Part shown: positions 1 to 9,892 of the stretch, piece by piece | How the letters are laid out: every line of letters starts with the position of its first letter | Position numbering within the stretch: the stretch's first letter is position 1 | Assembly (NCBI GenBank): GCA_051252375.1 | Contig: JBPOFY010000007.1 | Coordinates: 32,001 to 96,000, forward strand | Length of the DNA: 64,000 nucleotides | DNA from: Opitutaceae bacterium | Lineage (GTDB): Bacteria; Verrucomicrobiota; Verrucomicrobiia; Opitutales; Coraliomargaritaceae | Direction: 5' to 3' | The notes under the pieces: model-generated | Seen by the model: the letters and a program-made list of their open reading frames with translations, nothing else | Told to the model about the DNA's origin: nothing | Databases searched by the model: none | Made by a program: the position numbers and the translations under genes

Positions 1-1
1 C

Positions 2-274
2 AGTGTTCAATACGGTGGTTCTCCAGAACGTGCGGTCGATGGCAACACCGACGCTGACTACAATAATGGTTCTGTGACGCATACCGATGAAGCTAGTAAC
101 CCTTGGTGGGAATTGGACTTAGGGAGCAGTGTCAAGATCGACGCGATCCACGTTCATAATCGCAGAGGGAACTCTGATCGCTTAGATGGATTTACGATTC
201 GAATCTTAGATGAAAACCGGAAAGAAGTGTTTTCCAAAGCGAACTGCGCTTCGCTTCCTGTTTCGGTATTTTAA
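2..274 (+). CDS. 3' end of a protein with a C-terminal F-type lectin (fucolectin/CBM47-like) domain; truncated by the window start
   Basis: The frame is open from base 2: SVQYGGSPERAVDGNTDADYNNGSVTHTDEASNPWWELDLG...HNRRGNSDRL. It has AVDGN, THT, PWWxxDLG and an H-X26-R...R fucose-binding-type motif. Confidence 0.8.
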   Translation, partial: SVQYGGSPERAVDGNTDADYNNGSVTHTDEASNPWWELDLGSSVKIDAIHVHNRRGNSDRLDGFTIRILDENRKEVFSKANCASLPVSVF

Positions 275-323
275 TTATGCAGACTTCACCTGTTACGGAA
301 AGATTAGTGGAAATTAATAGCGA

Positions 324-2801
324 ATGAAAACATTTCCCCAATTTCGACGCTTTGCCGCCTGTCTTGCCCTAGGCTTGATTACATCCATCGCAAACGCAGA
401 ACAAGAGCCAGTTAAGGCCCCGCAAGCGACGGTCGATTGGCCTAGCTTTATGGAGCGGCAGGATATGGTTTGGAATCAAGTTCCTAAGCGTTGGAATGAG
501 GCACCTTTCTTTGGGAATGGCATGATAGGGCTATTTCTCTACCAGGAGATCAATAACCCGGATAATAGCTACTCAACCGATGCGAAAAATGTGCTCTCAA
601 TGCATCTTGGTCGGGGGGATTATTATGACAATCGTGCACCGTTTGAGGGTAAAGATCATACGTGGATCTATCGTGGACGGTTACCGATTGGTTTTTTCCG
701 TATCCAATCCGAAGGCGATATAACAGGCGTCGATTGGCGTATGGATTTGTGGAATGCGAGATTAGTGGGAACGGTTCAAACCACTAAAGGTAGCTACCAG
801 ATCGAAGGTAAAGTTCATGCGCTTTATGATTCGTTTTTTTGGAAGGTGATTCCTTCAAGCGGCGAGTCAGTCGACTTCGAGTGGCAGCCGCAAAAAGCGA
901 CTTCGTATGCGAGAACAGTTTCCTTAGCCGCGGTCGAGCGTGGCAAGTTGGGTGGGGGAGAAGTCTCGCATTTTTATACGAACTTTGCCGCCACGCCGTA
1001 TCCAGAAGCACCTGAAGTGGAGGTGGTCGAGTCTGCGGAGAACAACACGAGTCGCCAAGTGCTCTATGGAGATACTGGCGAATTAGTCGTGGCATGGAAG
1101 ACCACTAAGGATGCTTCTGATCGTTCGGTGACTCTATTAGCTAGTATTGCGTTTTCGCACGAGATGGGAGTCGCCATGCCAGAGGCTAAGCAGGAGCTCA
1201 CTCGTGCATTGGCGGAGGTGAAGGGCGCTACCTACACCCAGACCCATGAACAATGGTGGCATATGTATTACCCGCGTAGTTATGTGTCAGTCTCTGATGA
1301 TTTTTGGGAGCAGTTCTACTGGATCCAGATCTATAAGCTCGCCAGTGCGAGTCGTGCCGACGGCATGATGTTGGATACGGCAGGGCCATGGTATCAGCCA
1401 GGCTTTCACCCGCTCGTGTGGTCGGACCTGAATGTGCAGCTATGCTATTGGGCGCAGTTGACCTCCAACCGAACGGATGTCGGCAAGTCGCTTTTGAACG
1501 TAATGGATCGCAACATCGAGAATTTGAGTAACAATGTGCATCCCGATTGGCGTAACGATAGCTTAGATGCGAACACAGTGTTTCCGGGTAACGATCTGAT
1601 CGCGCCGATCCCCTACAAAAAAGTAGCAGACCATGTCGTGTGGATGCTCCACAACTACTGGTTAATCTGTCGCTACGAGAACGACACAGAGCGCATGCGT
1701 GATGGTCTCTTCCCCTTGCTCAAGCGAGCTAACGCCACCTACTTACGTTACATCGAGGATCACCCGTTGGATCTCGGAGACGGGAAGCTCCATTTCAAAC
1801 ACAGCTGGTCACCCGAAGCGGCTACCGGAGTGGATATGAACTACACGATCGCGCTCGCTCGTTGGTCGAGTCGCATTCTCCTTGAGATAAATGAGACGCA
1901 TAATCTTAACGACCCGAAAGCGGCAGATTGGCAAAACCTGCTGGACAATTTGGTGGGCTGGCAGACTGACGCCAACGGATTGAGACTTGGAAAGGACTTT
2001 CCTTTTGAAAAGGCGCACCGACACTATTCACACTTGCTTGGGTTTTACCCGCTCTTTGAACTCACGCCGGACAGGGACAGGGCGCTCCTACAGAAGTCGG
2101 TGGATCATTGGTTGGCAGTTACCGAGGATCCGACGAAGGTCAAAGGATCGGCCATGCCCGTAACAGGCTATACATGCACCGGCGCATCTTCAATGTATTC
2201 GGCATTGGGTGATGGTAACAAAGCGCTGGAATATCTGCGCAAGTTCAGCTTCGTGAATATCTACTCGAATACTCTCTATGCTGAAGGCAAAGAACAGTTG
2301 ATCGAAACTCCGATGTCGGCGGCGGCGTCGATGAACGACATGCTCTTACAGAGTTGGGGAGGGCGCATTCGTATCATGCCAGCCGTTCCGGATGCTTGGC
2401 AGGATATTCACTTTCAGTCGCTCCTTTGTGAGGGTGGCGTTCTCGTGAGTGCCGACCGCACCACTGGGCAGTTGACCTATGCCAAGATTGAATCTCCTGA
2501 TGAGCTGCGAATTATCGAGTTCAAACTCCCCCTAGAAAATCCGGAGTTCTTCATTATTACCAAGGACCAGCAAGTGAGACCAGTCGCCTTAAAACGTGAC
2601 CAAGAAGGCTTTTACCATATCAATCTACCAGCCGATGCTTCGCTAATCGCCAAGCGACCCGAGGTAAACTTGGCCGGAATCAAAGCCCTGAAGTCACCAG
2701 CTGACCTGAAAAACATCTTCGGCAACAACGGACAATACGAAGTGGTGCGTGAACAATTTAAGACAGAATCGTTCCGCGAGCCGGTCGGAGTCACAAAATA
2801 G
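324..2801 (+). CDS. Secreted GH95-like alpha-L-fucosidase/L-galactosidase
   Basis: Signal peptide; PFFGNGMIG, DLNVQLCYW, WSPE, HRHYSHLLGFYP and LLQSWGGRIRIMPAVPDAW match GH95-type (alpha/alpha)6 motifs. Confidence 0.8.
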   Translation: MKTFPQFRRFAACLALGLITSIANAEQEPVKAPQATVDWPSFMERQDMVWNQVPKRWNEAPFFGNGMIGLFLYQEINNPDNSYSTDAKNVLSMHLGRGDYYDNRAPFEGKDHTWIYRGRLPIGFFRIQSEGDITGVDWRMDLWNARLVGTVQTTKGSYQIEGKVHALYDSFFWKVIPSSGESVDFEWQPQKATSYARTVSLAAVERGKLGGGEVSHFYTNFAATPYPEAPEVEVVESAENNTSRQVLYGDTGELVVAWKTTKDASDRSVTLLASIAFSHEMGVAMPEAKQELTRALAEVKGATYTQTHEQWWHMYYPRSYVSVSDDFWEQFYWIQIYKLASASRADGMMLDTAGPWYQPGFHPLVWSDLNVQLCYWAQLTSNRTDVGKSLLNVMDRNIENLSNNVHPDWRNDSLDANTVFPGNDLIAPIPYKKVADHVVWMLHNYWLICRYENDTERMRDGLFPLLKRANATYLRYIEDHPLDLGDGKLHFKHSWSPEAATGVDMNYTIALARWSSRILLEINETHNLNDPKAADWQNLLDNLVGWQTDANGLRLGKDFPFEKAHRHYSHLLGFYPLFELTPDRDRALLQKSVDHWLAVTEDPTKVKGSAMPVTGYTCTGASSMYSALGDGNKALEYLRKFSFVNIYSNTLYAEGKEQLIETPMSAAASMNDMLLQSWGGRIRIMPAVPDAWQDIHFQSLLCEGGVLVSADRTTGQLTYAKIESPDELRIIEFKLPLENPEFFIITKDQQVRPVALKRDQEGFYHINLPADASLIAKRPEVNLAGIKALKSPADLKNIFGNNGQYEVVREQFKTESFREPVGVTK

Positions 2802-2871
2802 AACTAGGCTCAAATGTAAGATAGGGGCATCTTAGGCATCGTTTTCATGCGATCTTACCTGCTAATGCACC

Positions 2872-2919
2872 CATATCGCGAATATTCGCGATATGCAGAA
2901 TGACTGAATGTGCTATAAT
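2872..2919 (+). promoter_or_regulatory. Perfect 24-bp palindrome followed by an extended -10 box
   Basis: CATATCGCGAATATTCGCGATATG (2872-2895) is its own reverse complement; TGCTATAAT lies at 2911-2919, upstream of the 3016 start. Confidence 0.7.
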
Positions 2920-3015
2920 CTGCTGATTATGATATAATTAAGTTTATTGTTCATGTTAACATATATCATTCTCTGTAATTATTGAATTCACTGACTACCT
3001 CACAAAACGATCTGC

Positions 3016-6000
3016 ATGTATCCTATAAATCACACCCTTCTGAATGCGAGCACCATAGCCGCTTGCCTATTATTACTACCAGTAGCGAATGCGGGCACAA
3101 TCACTTGGGACTCCGCCAATGCCACCTCGACTGACTGGTCGTTGGGGACGAACTGGGTTGACGATATCGCTCCGGGTGCCGGTGACGATCTAGTCCTGAT
3201 TGCAGGCGGCAGCTTTGATCCTACAAACAACAGCGGATACACCGCAATTTCGGTTAACTCGATTACGCTGGATGCAAGCTCAACCTCCAATCTAAGCTTA
3301 GGTTCCGACATTCAGGTCGGTGCGGGCGGAATACATAATAACCGAGTAGGTAGCGGTAGTCTTTTTCTTAGCGACGTAAATATTACGGCGGATTCAACTT
3401 GGGGCGGCACTCGAACAATCTTCGTTGGCGGCTCCATTACTGGCTCCAAAATGATTTTTGATGGTAGCGGGATTCGTTTCGACAGAAATAGTGCAAGTTG
3501 GAGCACTGGCCTCGATGTTCATACTAGCGTGGGAATGAATGATTTCGGAGATGATTCTGGCGTCACCATCACGCCATGGGGCACTGGCACGATCACTTTG
3601 ATTAATCAGAGGACGGATTTGTCGACCAATTCGGACCCCACCTTGAACCTCGCTTTCTCGGCGAACAATATGGATCTGTCGACGGCGACGACTTTTGCCA
3701 ATAACATTGCTCTGGCTGATCCTGGCACTGGCAATTATACAATCAACCATAGCGGAGACTCAGCTACTTTGGCTGGCGGGCATTGGGTGAAGCTTACGGG
3801 AGAGATCTCTGGCGCCGTGGACACTGCACGCACGCTTTCCTTTACGAATACAAAAGGATCAGACACTCCGATTACATTTATACTTGAGGGTGCAAATACC
3901 CATACGGCGACTACGACGCTAACTGGCGACGTCACACTGGGTCTTGGCAATGTCGATGCCCTCCAAAACTCCACTTTAGACACAGGTGCAAGCGATGCGT
4001 CAAAGGCTGTGACATTTGATGTTGCGGGCACGAACACTTATAACCTCGGTGGCCTGACAGGCGCCGATGAACTGGATGTTGGCGCCAACACTGTAAGTGT
4101 CGGCGATAATGACCTCTCAAATACCTATAACGGAGTTGTCAGCGGAACAGGTGGCTTCACTAAAGTTGGCTCTGGCACCCAGACATTCACAGACGCCCAG
4201 ACTTACACTGGAGCAACAACTATCAGTGAAGGCACATTGCAGTTGGGTAACGGTGGCACAACTGGGGCACTCTCAACTTCCAGCGCGATTGCAAATGACG
4301 GGGTCTTTTCAATTAACCGCAGCAATGCGGTCGTTCAAGGTGTTGATTTCAGCGGCGATCCGATTACTGGCACAGGATCTATTTCTAACGTTGGCAGTGG
4401 CCGACTAACTCTGGACGGAGCCAATACTTATAGCGGTGGCACGAACTTTACAGGTGATACTCTGACAGTAGCTTCTGAAGGTGCACTGGGAACAGGCGCC
4501 GTAGTGGGCGATACTGCTGGTGGTAATACCGCTATATTGACATTTAATACTACTTCGGATGCGACTTTCGCCAATGATATCACTGCAGGTGCTAGTGGCA
4601 GCGGTATCGTCAATGACAGTGCAACGTCTGTAGTCACTCTGAATGGTAATGTTTCATTTAATGATGGCACTACCTTTCAAGGTTTCCAAGGCACTGGTGT
4701 CGACAATGCTGGTTTTGTGATTGGTGGTAATGTTTCCTCGACAACTCGGCTTACTCTTAAAGACACCAACCTGACTCTTGCTAGCACTGGAACTGTAGGA
4801 CCTACGTTCGGAGGTCGGATTACGCTCGGCGATGTCGGTGGTTCTGGTTCAGCGGTTTACGTCGCTGATGGTGCTGATTTCACACTTAGAATTCAGGATT
4901 CGCAAAATACAGCGATCTCTAATGATGCGATGACCTTTATCGTTGGTATGAACACCGCAGGAACAGGGACTTTTAGTAGTTCTGATTCGGTGAATTTATT
5001 AGCAAACGGAAGTAGTGTCGCCAACGACTGGGAGTTTCTCGCCGTTACTGGGGCGACCGCAAACTTCACTGGTAAAATCATTAGCAATAATGCAAATGCG
5101 AATGCAGCCGACGTAACAGTTACCAAGACTGGAGACGGGACGGTGGTTTTCGCTCAGGACAATACTTATATTGGCGACACGATCATCAGCGCGGGCACCT
5201 TGCAGATTGGCAACGGTGGTTCAGCTGGTTCACTCAGCGCAGATAGCACCATTACGAACAATGGAACTCTAATTTTCAACACCACCTCCAGTCTGGTGCA
5301 AGGCACTGATTTTAGCACCGCCCCAATTACAGGCACTGGCTCGCTCAGCATAGTGGGCGGCGACATGACCTTGAATGCTGCCAACACCTATGCAGGTGGC
5401 ACTTCGATTGATGGAGGTACGCTCACAGCGGCAGCTGAAGGCGCTTTCGGTAATGGTGCCATTACGGGCACATCGAATTCTGTTCTGACCTTCAACACGG
5501 CTTCAGACGCAACTTTCAATAACGACATTACGTTTGTAACGCCGAGCGACACTGGCCTTGTCAATAACAGCACGACATCAACGGTGACACTGGGGGGAAC
5601 AGTGGAGCTCACTGGTGCCTTTGCAACTCTCGTTGGCACGGGTGTCAATAACGCAGGTTTCGTACTTGCCGATGGTGCTGTTTTGAAAGCTGGCGCAGGG
5701 AGTCGACTGGGACTGAAAGATACGAGTCTGACGATTCAAGCTGGCGGTGCAGTAGACTATAGCGCCACTGGGTTTCAGCGCCTAACACTTGGAGAAGCCG
5801 GCGGCTCTGGTGCCGCAGTTTATCTCGAAGACGGTGCTGACCTAGACATGGTCATCTATGATACCAACAACGGTAACGTTACCTCGGACACGATGGAATT
5901 CATTGTCGGAATGCAGTCTGCCGGAACCGCTACCTTCAGTGGTCTTGGCGGCGAAGCGGTGGATCTCAATCATCGCAACAATGCAGGCAGCCTCGCCAAC

Positions 6001-6846
6001 GCTTGGAAGCTTATAGCAGTTGCTGGAGCGACAGCGAACTTCACTGGCAGTATCGTAAATGATAATACCAACCATCAGTCCACAATTACCAAGACTGGCG
6101 CGGGCACAGTAAACTTCTCAGCGACCAATACTTATGGAGGATCAACCACTGTCGAAGATGGTGTTCTGGCTGTTACGGGCACTGGTTCGATTAATAATAC
6201 AAGTAGTGTTACCGTGCAGAATGGTGCAACTTTCCAATACGACTCAACTACAGCTTTTACAGCAGCACTTAACTTGGACAGCGGATCGACCCTGACTGGT
6301 AGTGGTGACTTAGGAACAGTTGCACTGACTATTGGTTCGGGGGTCACTCTAGCTCCAGGTAATAGCCCAGGTGAACTGGCTACGGGTTCTCAGACTTGGT
6401 CAGACGGTGGCGACTACAATTGGCAAGTTCTGGATGCATCAGGGGTGGCGGGCACAGGTTATGATACCGCGACAATCACTGGCTCCCTAGACCTTTCCGG
6501 GCTCACAGCTGGTGGTTTCGAGGTTAATATTTGGAGTCTCTCCTCAATCGGTCCAGACGTTAGTGGCGATGCGCTCAATTTTGATGACAGCAGCGACTAT
6601 CAGTGGACGATCGCTTCTACAACAGGAGGTATCACTGGCTTCGATGCAGACAACATCAGTATTGTCTTGTCGCCCAACAATGGAACCGACGGCTTCAGTA
6701 ACTCCTTCACCGGCACTTTCAGTGTAAGTTCCGACGGTAACGACCTCTTTGTTGACTACACTGCGGTTCCCGAACCCACCACTTTCGCACTGCTGGCTGG
6801 TTGCCTTGCTCTGAGTTCGGTCGTGTTGCGTCGACGTAGAGCTTAG
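3016..6846 (+). CDS. PEP-CTERM surface protein with autotransporter-associated beta-strand repeats
   Basis: Signal peptide; repeated TKxGxGTxxxxxxNTYxGxTxxxxGTL units; LAPGNSPG; C-terminal VPEPTTFALLAGCLALSSVVLRRRRA. Confidence 0.92.
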   Translation: MYPINHTLLNASTIAACLLLLPVANAGTITWDSANATSTDWSLGTNWVDDIAPGAGDDLVLIAGGSFDPTNNSGYTAISVNSITLDASSTSNLSLGSDIQVGAGGIHNNRVGSGSLFLSDVNITADSTWGGTRTIFVGGSITGSKMIFDGSGIRFDRNSASWSTGLDVHTSVGMNDFGDDSGVTITPWGTGTITLINQRTDLSTNSDPTLNLAFSANNMDLSTATTFANNIALADPGTGNYTINHSGDSATLAGGHWVKLTGEISGAVDTARTLSFTNTKGSDTPITFILEGANTHTATTTLTGDVTLGLGNVDALQNSTLDTGASDASKAVTFDVAGTNTYNLGGLTGADELDVGANTVSVGDNDLSNTYNGVVSGTGGFTKVGSGTQTFTDAQTYTGATTISEGTLQLGNGGTTGALSTSSAIANDGVFSINRSNAVVQGVDFSGDPITGTGSISNVGSGRLTLDGANTYSGGTNFTGDTLTVASEGALGTGAVVGDTAGGNTAILTFNTTSDATFANDITAGASGSGIVNDSATSVVTLNGNVSFNDGTTFQGFQGTGVDNAGFVIGGNVSSTTRLTLKDTNLTLASTGTVGPTFGGRITLGDVGGSGSAVYVADGADFTLRIQDSQNTAISNDAMTFIVGMNTAGTGTFSSSDSVNLLANGSSVANDWEFLAVTGATANFTGKIISNNANANAADVTVTKTGDGTVVFAQDNTYIGDTIISAGTLQIGNGGSAGSLSADSTITNNGTLIFNTTSSLVQGTDFSTAPITGTGSLSIVGGDMTLNAANTYAGGTSIDGGTLTAAAEGAFGNGAITGTSNSVLTFNTASDATFNNDITFVTPSDTGLVNNSTTSTVTLGGTVELTGAFATLVGTGVNNAGFVLADGAVLKAGAGSRLGLKDTSLTIQAGGAVDYSATGFQRLTLGEAGGSGAAVYLEDGADLDMVIYDTNNGNVTSDTMEFIVGMQSAGTATFSGLGGEAVDLNHRNNAGSLANAWKLIAVAGATANFTGSIVNDNTNHQSTITKTGAGTVNFSATNTYGGSTTVEDGVLAVTGTGSINNTSSVTVQNGATFQYDSTTAFTAALNLDSGSTLTGSGDLGTVALTIGSGVTLAPGNSPGELATGSQTWSDGGDYNWQVLDASGVAGTGYDTATITGSLDLSGLTAGGFEVNIWSLSSIGPDVSGDALNFDDSSDYQWTIASTTGGITGFDADNISIVLSPNNGTDGFSNSFTGTFSVSSDGNDLFVDYTAVPEPTTFALLAGCLALSSVVLRRRRA
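4150..6090 (+). repeat. Tandem internal duplication of a ~320-aa module in the 3016 gene (approx. 4150-5118 and 5119-6090)
   Basis: Paired segments GTLQLGNGG/GTLQIGNGG, VQGVDFS/VQGTDFS, GTGVDNAGFV/GTGVNNAGFV, AVTGATANFTG/AVAGATANFTG. Confidence 0.8.
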
Positions 6847-6873
6847 TCGCGAGCGTTCTAGCTTAATTTCAAC

Positions 6874-6905
6874 AAAGCCCAGCGAGTTCGTTCGCTGGGC
6901 TTTTT
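6874..6905 (+). terminator. Intrinsic terminator after the PEP-CTERM gene
   Basis: AAAGCCCAGCGA-gttcgt-TCGCTGGGCTTT followed by further T. Confidence 0.85.
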
Positions 6906-6956
6906 CATTCTAAACCTATGGGAAACAGTGATTACGCGACATGTGCTCGGCAAATC

Positions 6957-6992
6957 TCTTAGCATATCTTAACATCTAGATGCTTGTATAAT
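6957..6992 (+). promoter_or_regulatory. Putative TRAP operon promoter with a 10-bp-period direct repeat
   Basis: TCTTAGCAT (6957) and TCTTAACAT (6967), then TATAAT at 6987-6992. Confidence 0.4.
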
Positions 6993-7055
6993 TTTGGTGC
7001 TTTGAAAGCATAGCAACGAAAGCCAACAGGATGGTTTTAACCACTTTACTCCAAC

Positions 7056-8081
7056 ATGAATAAAAATACGTCATACTTAAGTTTCGGTATTCTGCTCGGT
7101 GTCGTTGCCGCCTCTTTAGCCTTTGCCTTTTTTGATTCCGGTAACAACTCAGGCGGAGTCTCGGTCCGTCAATTGAACGTGGCACACGGCTTGCCGACAA
7201 CACACCCGGTTCATGCGGGGATCGAGCATATGGCAGAGCGGGTTGCTGTGCTGTCCGGTGGTCGGCTGCAGCTAGAGGTTTTCCCAAATGGTCAGCTCGG
7301 CAGTGAGACGCAGACGATGGAGCAACTTCAGGCGGGCACCCTCGATATTGCGAAAGGCAGCTCTGCTCCGATCAGTAATTTCGTTTCGATCTGCAAAGTG
7401 TTTAGCCTGCCATATCTGTTTCGTGACGAAGATCACTTTTGGTCGGTGCTCAATGGCGAGATCGGTCGTGGTATTTTGGATACGCTGGCGACCAACGATG
7501 CTGGGCGTCCGAGTGGGCTGCATGGTTTAACTTACTACGATGCGGGTAGTCGCAATTTTTACGCAGAAGTGCCGATCATGTCACCGAAAGATTTAGTCGG
7601 CCTAAAGATTCGGGTGCAGAATGACCCGGTTGCAATGGACATGGTCGAAGCGATGGGCGGCGCACCGACTCCAGTCGCATGGGGCGAGCTCTACACTGCA
7701 TTACAACAAGGTGTTGTTGACGGCGCGGAAAATAATCCACCGAGCTTTGTATCTTCGCAGCACTTCGAGGTCTGCAAGGAGTTTTCATTCGATCATCATG
7801 CGCGTGTGCCGGATATATTGCTGATTGCTTCGAAGACTTGGGATAGCCTGAGCGAAGAGGAACAGGCTTGGCTCACACAAGCCGCTGCCGAGTCGAGTGA
7901 GTTTCAACGGGCTGCTTGGGCGGCAGGTGTCGCGGAGGCGATGGAGCTAATGAAAGCCAAAGGAGTGACCGTGCATCACCCAGCGATTGAGCCATTCATG
8001 AAGTCCACCGAGTCAGTGCGTGATAAGTATGCCACAGGTGAATTGAAGGATTTAGTGAAACAGATCGGGGAGGTTGAATAA
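7056..8081 (+). CDS. dctP: TRAP transporter solute-binding protein
   Basis: FPNGQLGSE, FSLPYLF, DLVGLKIRVQ, ELYTALQQGVVDGAEN motifs. Confidence 0.93.
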   Translation: MNKNTSYLSFGILLGVVAASLAFAFFDSGNNSGGVSVRQLNVAHGLPTTHPVHAGIEHMAERVAVLSGGRLQLEVFPNGQLGSETQTMEQLQAGTLDIAKGSSAPISNFVSICKVFSLPYLFRDEDHFWSVLNGEIGRGILDTLATNDAGRPSGLHGLTYYDAGSRNFYAEVPIMSPKDLVGLKIRVQNDPVAMDMVEAMGGAPTPVAWGELYTALQQGVVDGAENNPPSFVSSQHFEVCKEFSFDHHARVPDILLIASKTWDSLSEEEQAWLTQAAAESSEFQRAAWAAGVAEAMELMKAKGVTVHHPAIEPFMKSTESVRDKYATGELKDLVKQIGEVE

Positions 8082-8572
8082 TGCTGCGTTCATTTAATCA
8101 ACAGGCCTCGAAGGCGCTAAACGGGCTGCTCATCGTTGTTTTTGTGTTACTGGTCATAGATGTCTTGTGGGGCGTCGGCTCTCGTTATGTCCTCGGCAAT
8201 CAAGCTCGTTGGTCGGAAGAGCTCGCGCGCTTACTCATGGTATGGCTTGCACTTCTGGGTGCCGCCTTGGCGACTCGCGAAGGTCAACACCTCGGGCTCG
8301 ATGTCGTCGTGCGACAGTGGTCACCAGAGGTGCAGCGATTAGCTTCGATGTTAGTCCACTGCTTAGTTGCGATCTTTGCGCTCGTCATCATGGCATGGGG
8401 CGGCGGGCAGCTTGTCGCGGATCGTTTTGAATCGGGACAAATGCTACCAGCACTCAATATTTCACGCGCTTGGTTCTACCTCGCGCTGCCAGTGAGTGGT
8501 GCCTTGATCGCGCTCTTTAGTTTGGAAAACCTGATCTCAGAAATTAAGCAAGAGAAGGAGGTCGCACAATGA
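8081..8572 (+). CDS. dctQ: TRAP transporter small permease
   Basis: Four hydrophobic segments, WSEELAR and HLGLD motifs; translationally coupled to dctP and dctM. Confidence 0.92.
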   Translation: MLRSFNQQASKALNGLLIVVFVLLVIDVLWGVGSRYVLGNQARWSEELARLLMVWLALLGAALATREGQHLGLDVVVRQWSPEVQRLASMLVHCLVAIFALVIMAWGGGQLVADRFESGQMLPALNISRAWFYLALPVSGALIALFSLENLISEIKQEKEVAQ

Positions 8573-9870
8573 GCCAGGAACTAGCCATCTTGATCGTGCT
8601 CTTTGTTGCTTTGCTCTGTTTACGTGTGCCCATTGCTTTCGTGCTAGGTATGGTAACTGTCGTGACTGCGGTCGCATTGGATTATGACAATATCCCGCTA
8701 TCGGCCGCCAGTGATTTAAGCAACGGCATCGATAGTTTCTCGCTGCTAGCGATTCCATTTTTCATTCTAGCTGGAGAGCTGATGGGGAGTGGCGGACTGG
8801 CTAGACGTTTGATTGATTTAGCGACTGCAATCGTAGGACGCCTTCCAGGCGGTTTGGCCGCGGTGAATACTGTGACCTGTATGCTGTTTGGAGCGATCAG
8901 TGGTTCTTCGGTGGCGGCGGTTTCCAGTATTGGTGGCACTTTGATTCCGGAGATGAATCGCAAGGGCTACGACCGCGATTTCAATATCGCGGTGACAGCG
9001 AGTGCTGCAACCACCGGTCTCCTGATTCCGCCGAGTAACATCATGATCGTTTACGCGCTGGTCGCTGGAAACGTTTCGGTCGCGGCACTCTTTATGGCAG
9101 GTATTCTACCCGGAGTCTTAGTTGGGCTCGGCATCATGATTGTAGCTTTGGTGATCTGCGTGAAGCGTGGTTACGGGAAACAAGGGGAGAGTGTATTGGA
9201 AAGTTATCCGTCATTGTTTTCGTCGATGTGGCGTGCGTTTCCAGCGCTGCTACTTGTTTTCATTGTGCTGGGCGGCATACTGAGTGGGACATTCACTGCA
9301 ACCGAGGCATCCGCCATCGCGGTGCTTTGGGCCTTCATCTTGGGAGTGATCTGCTACCGGGAGATTACGTTTGCGGAGCTTTCTGGCATTATTCTACGTG
9401 CCGCGCGCACCACCGCAGTGGTGCTGTTCTTGGTCGCCTGCAGTTATGCTATGAGCCGTCTGCTTACCCAGGAGCAAGTGCCGCAACAAGTCAGCGAAGG
9501 TCTGCTCAGTTTGTCTCAAAACCCGATCGTGATTCTACTGATCATGAATCTGATATTGCTGATGGTCGGCGTGTTCATGGACATGACTCCAGCGGTGTTA
9601 ATCTTCACTCCGATCTTTCTGCCAATTGCGATCACACTAGGTATCGACCCAACACACTTTGGTATTATTTTGATCGCCAATCTCTGCATCGGATTACTCA
9701 CGCCACCAGTGGGCACCTGCCTCTTTGTCGGTGCCGGGGTGGGGAAGAGCGACATTATGAGCGTCTCGAAAGCGATGTTGCCTTTCTACGTAGTGATGGT
9801 GCTGGCCTTGCTCGTAATTACCTATTGGTCGCCACTCAGTATGACTTTGCCTAGAATGCTAGGGCTTTAG
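8569..9870 (+). CDS. dctM: TRAP transporter large permease
   Basis: LLAIPFFILAG, FGAISGSSVA, LIPPS, TATEA, IGLLTPPVG motifs. Confidence 0.94.
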   Translation: MSQELAILIVLFVALLCLRVPIAFVLGMVTVVTAVALDYDNIPLSAASDLSNGIDSFSLLAIPFFILAGELMGSGGLARRLIDLATAIVGRLPGGLAAVNTVTCMLFGAISGSSVAAVSSIGGTLIPEMNRKGYDRDFNIAVTASAATTGLLIPPSNIMIVYALVAGNVSVAALFMAGILPGVLVGLGIMIVALVICVKRGYGKQGESVLESYPSLFSSMWRAFPALLLVFIVLGGILSGTFTATEASAIAVLWAFILGVICYREITFAELSGIILRAARTTAVVLFLVACSYAMSRLLTQEQVPQQVSEGLLSLSQNPIVILLIMNLILLMVGVFMDMTPAVLIFTPIFLPIAITLGIDPTHFGIILIANLCIGLLTPPVGTCLFVGAGVGKSDIMSVSKAMLPFYVVMVLALLVITYWSPLSMTLPRMLGL

Positions 9871-9892
9871 TTTTTCTAGAGCTAGGTACTGG

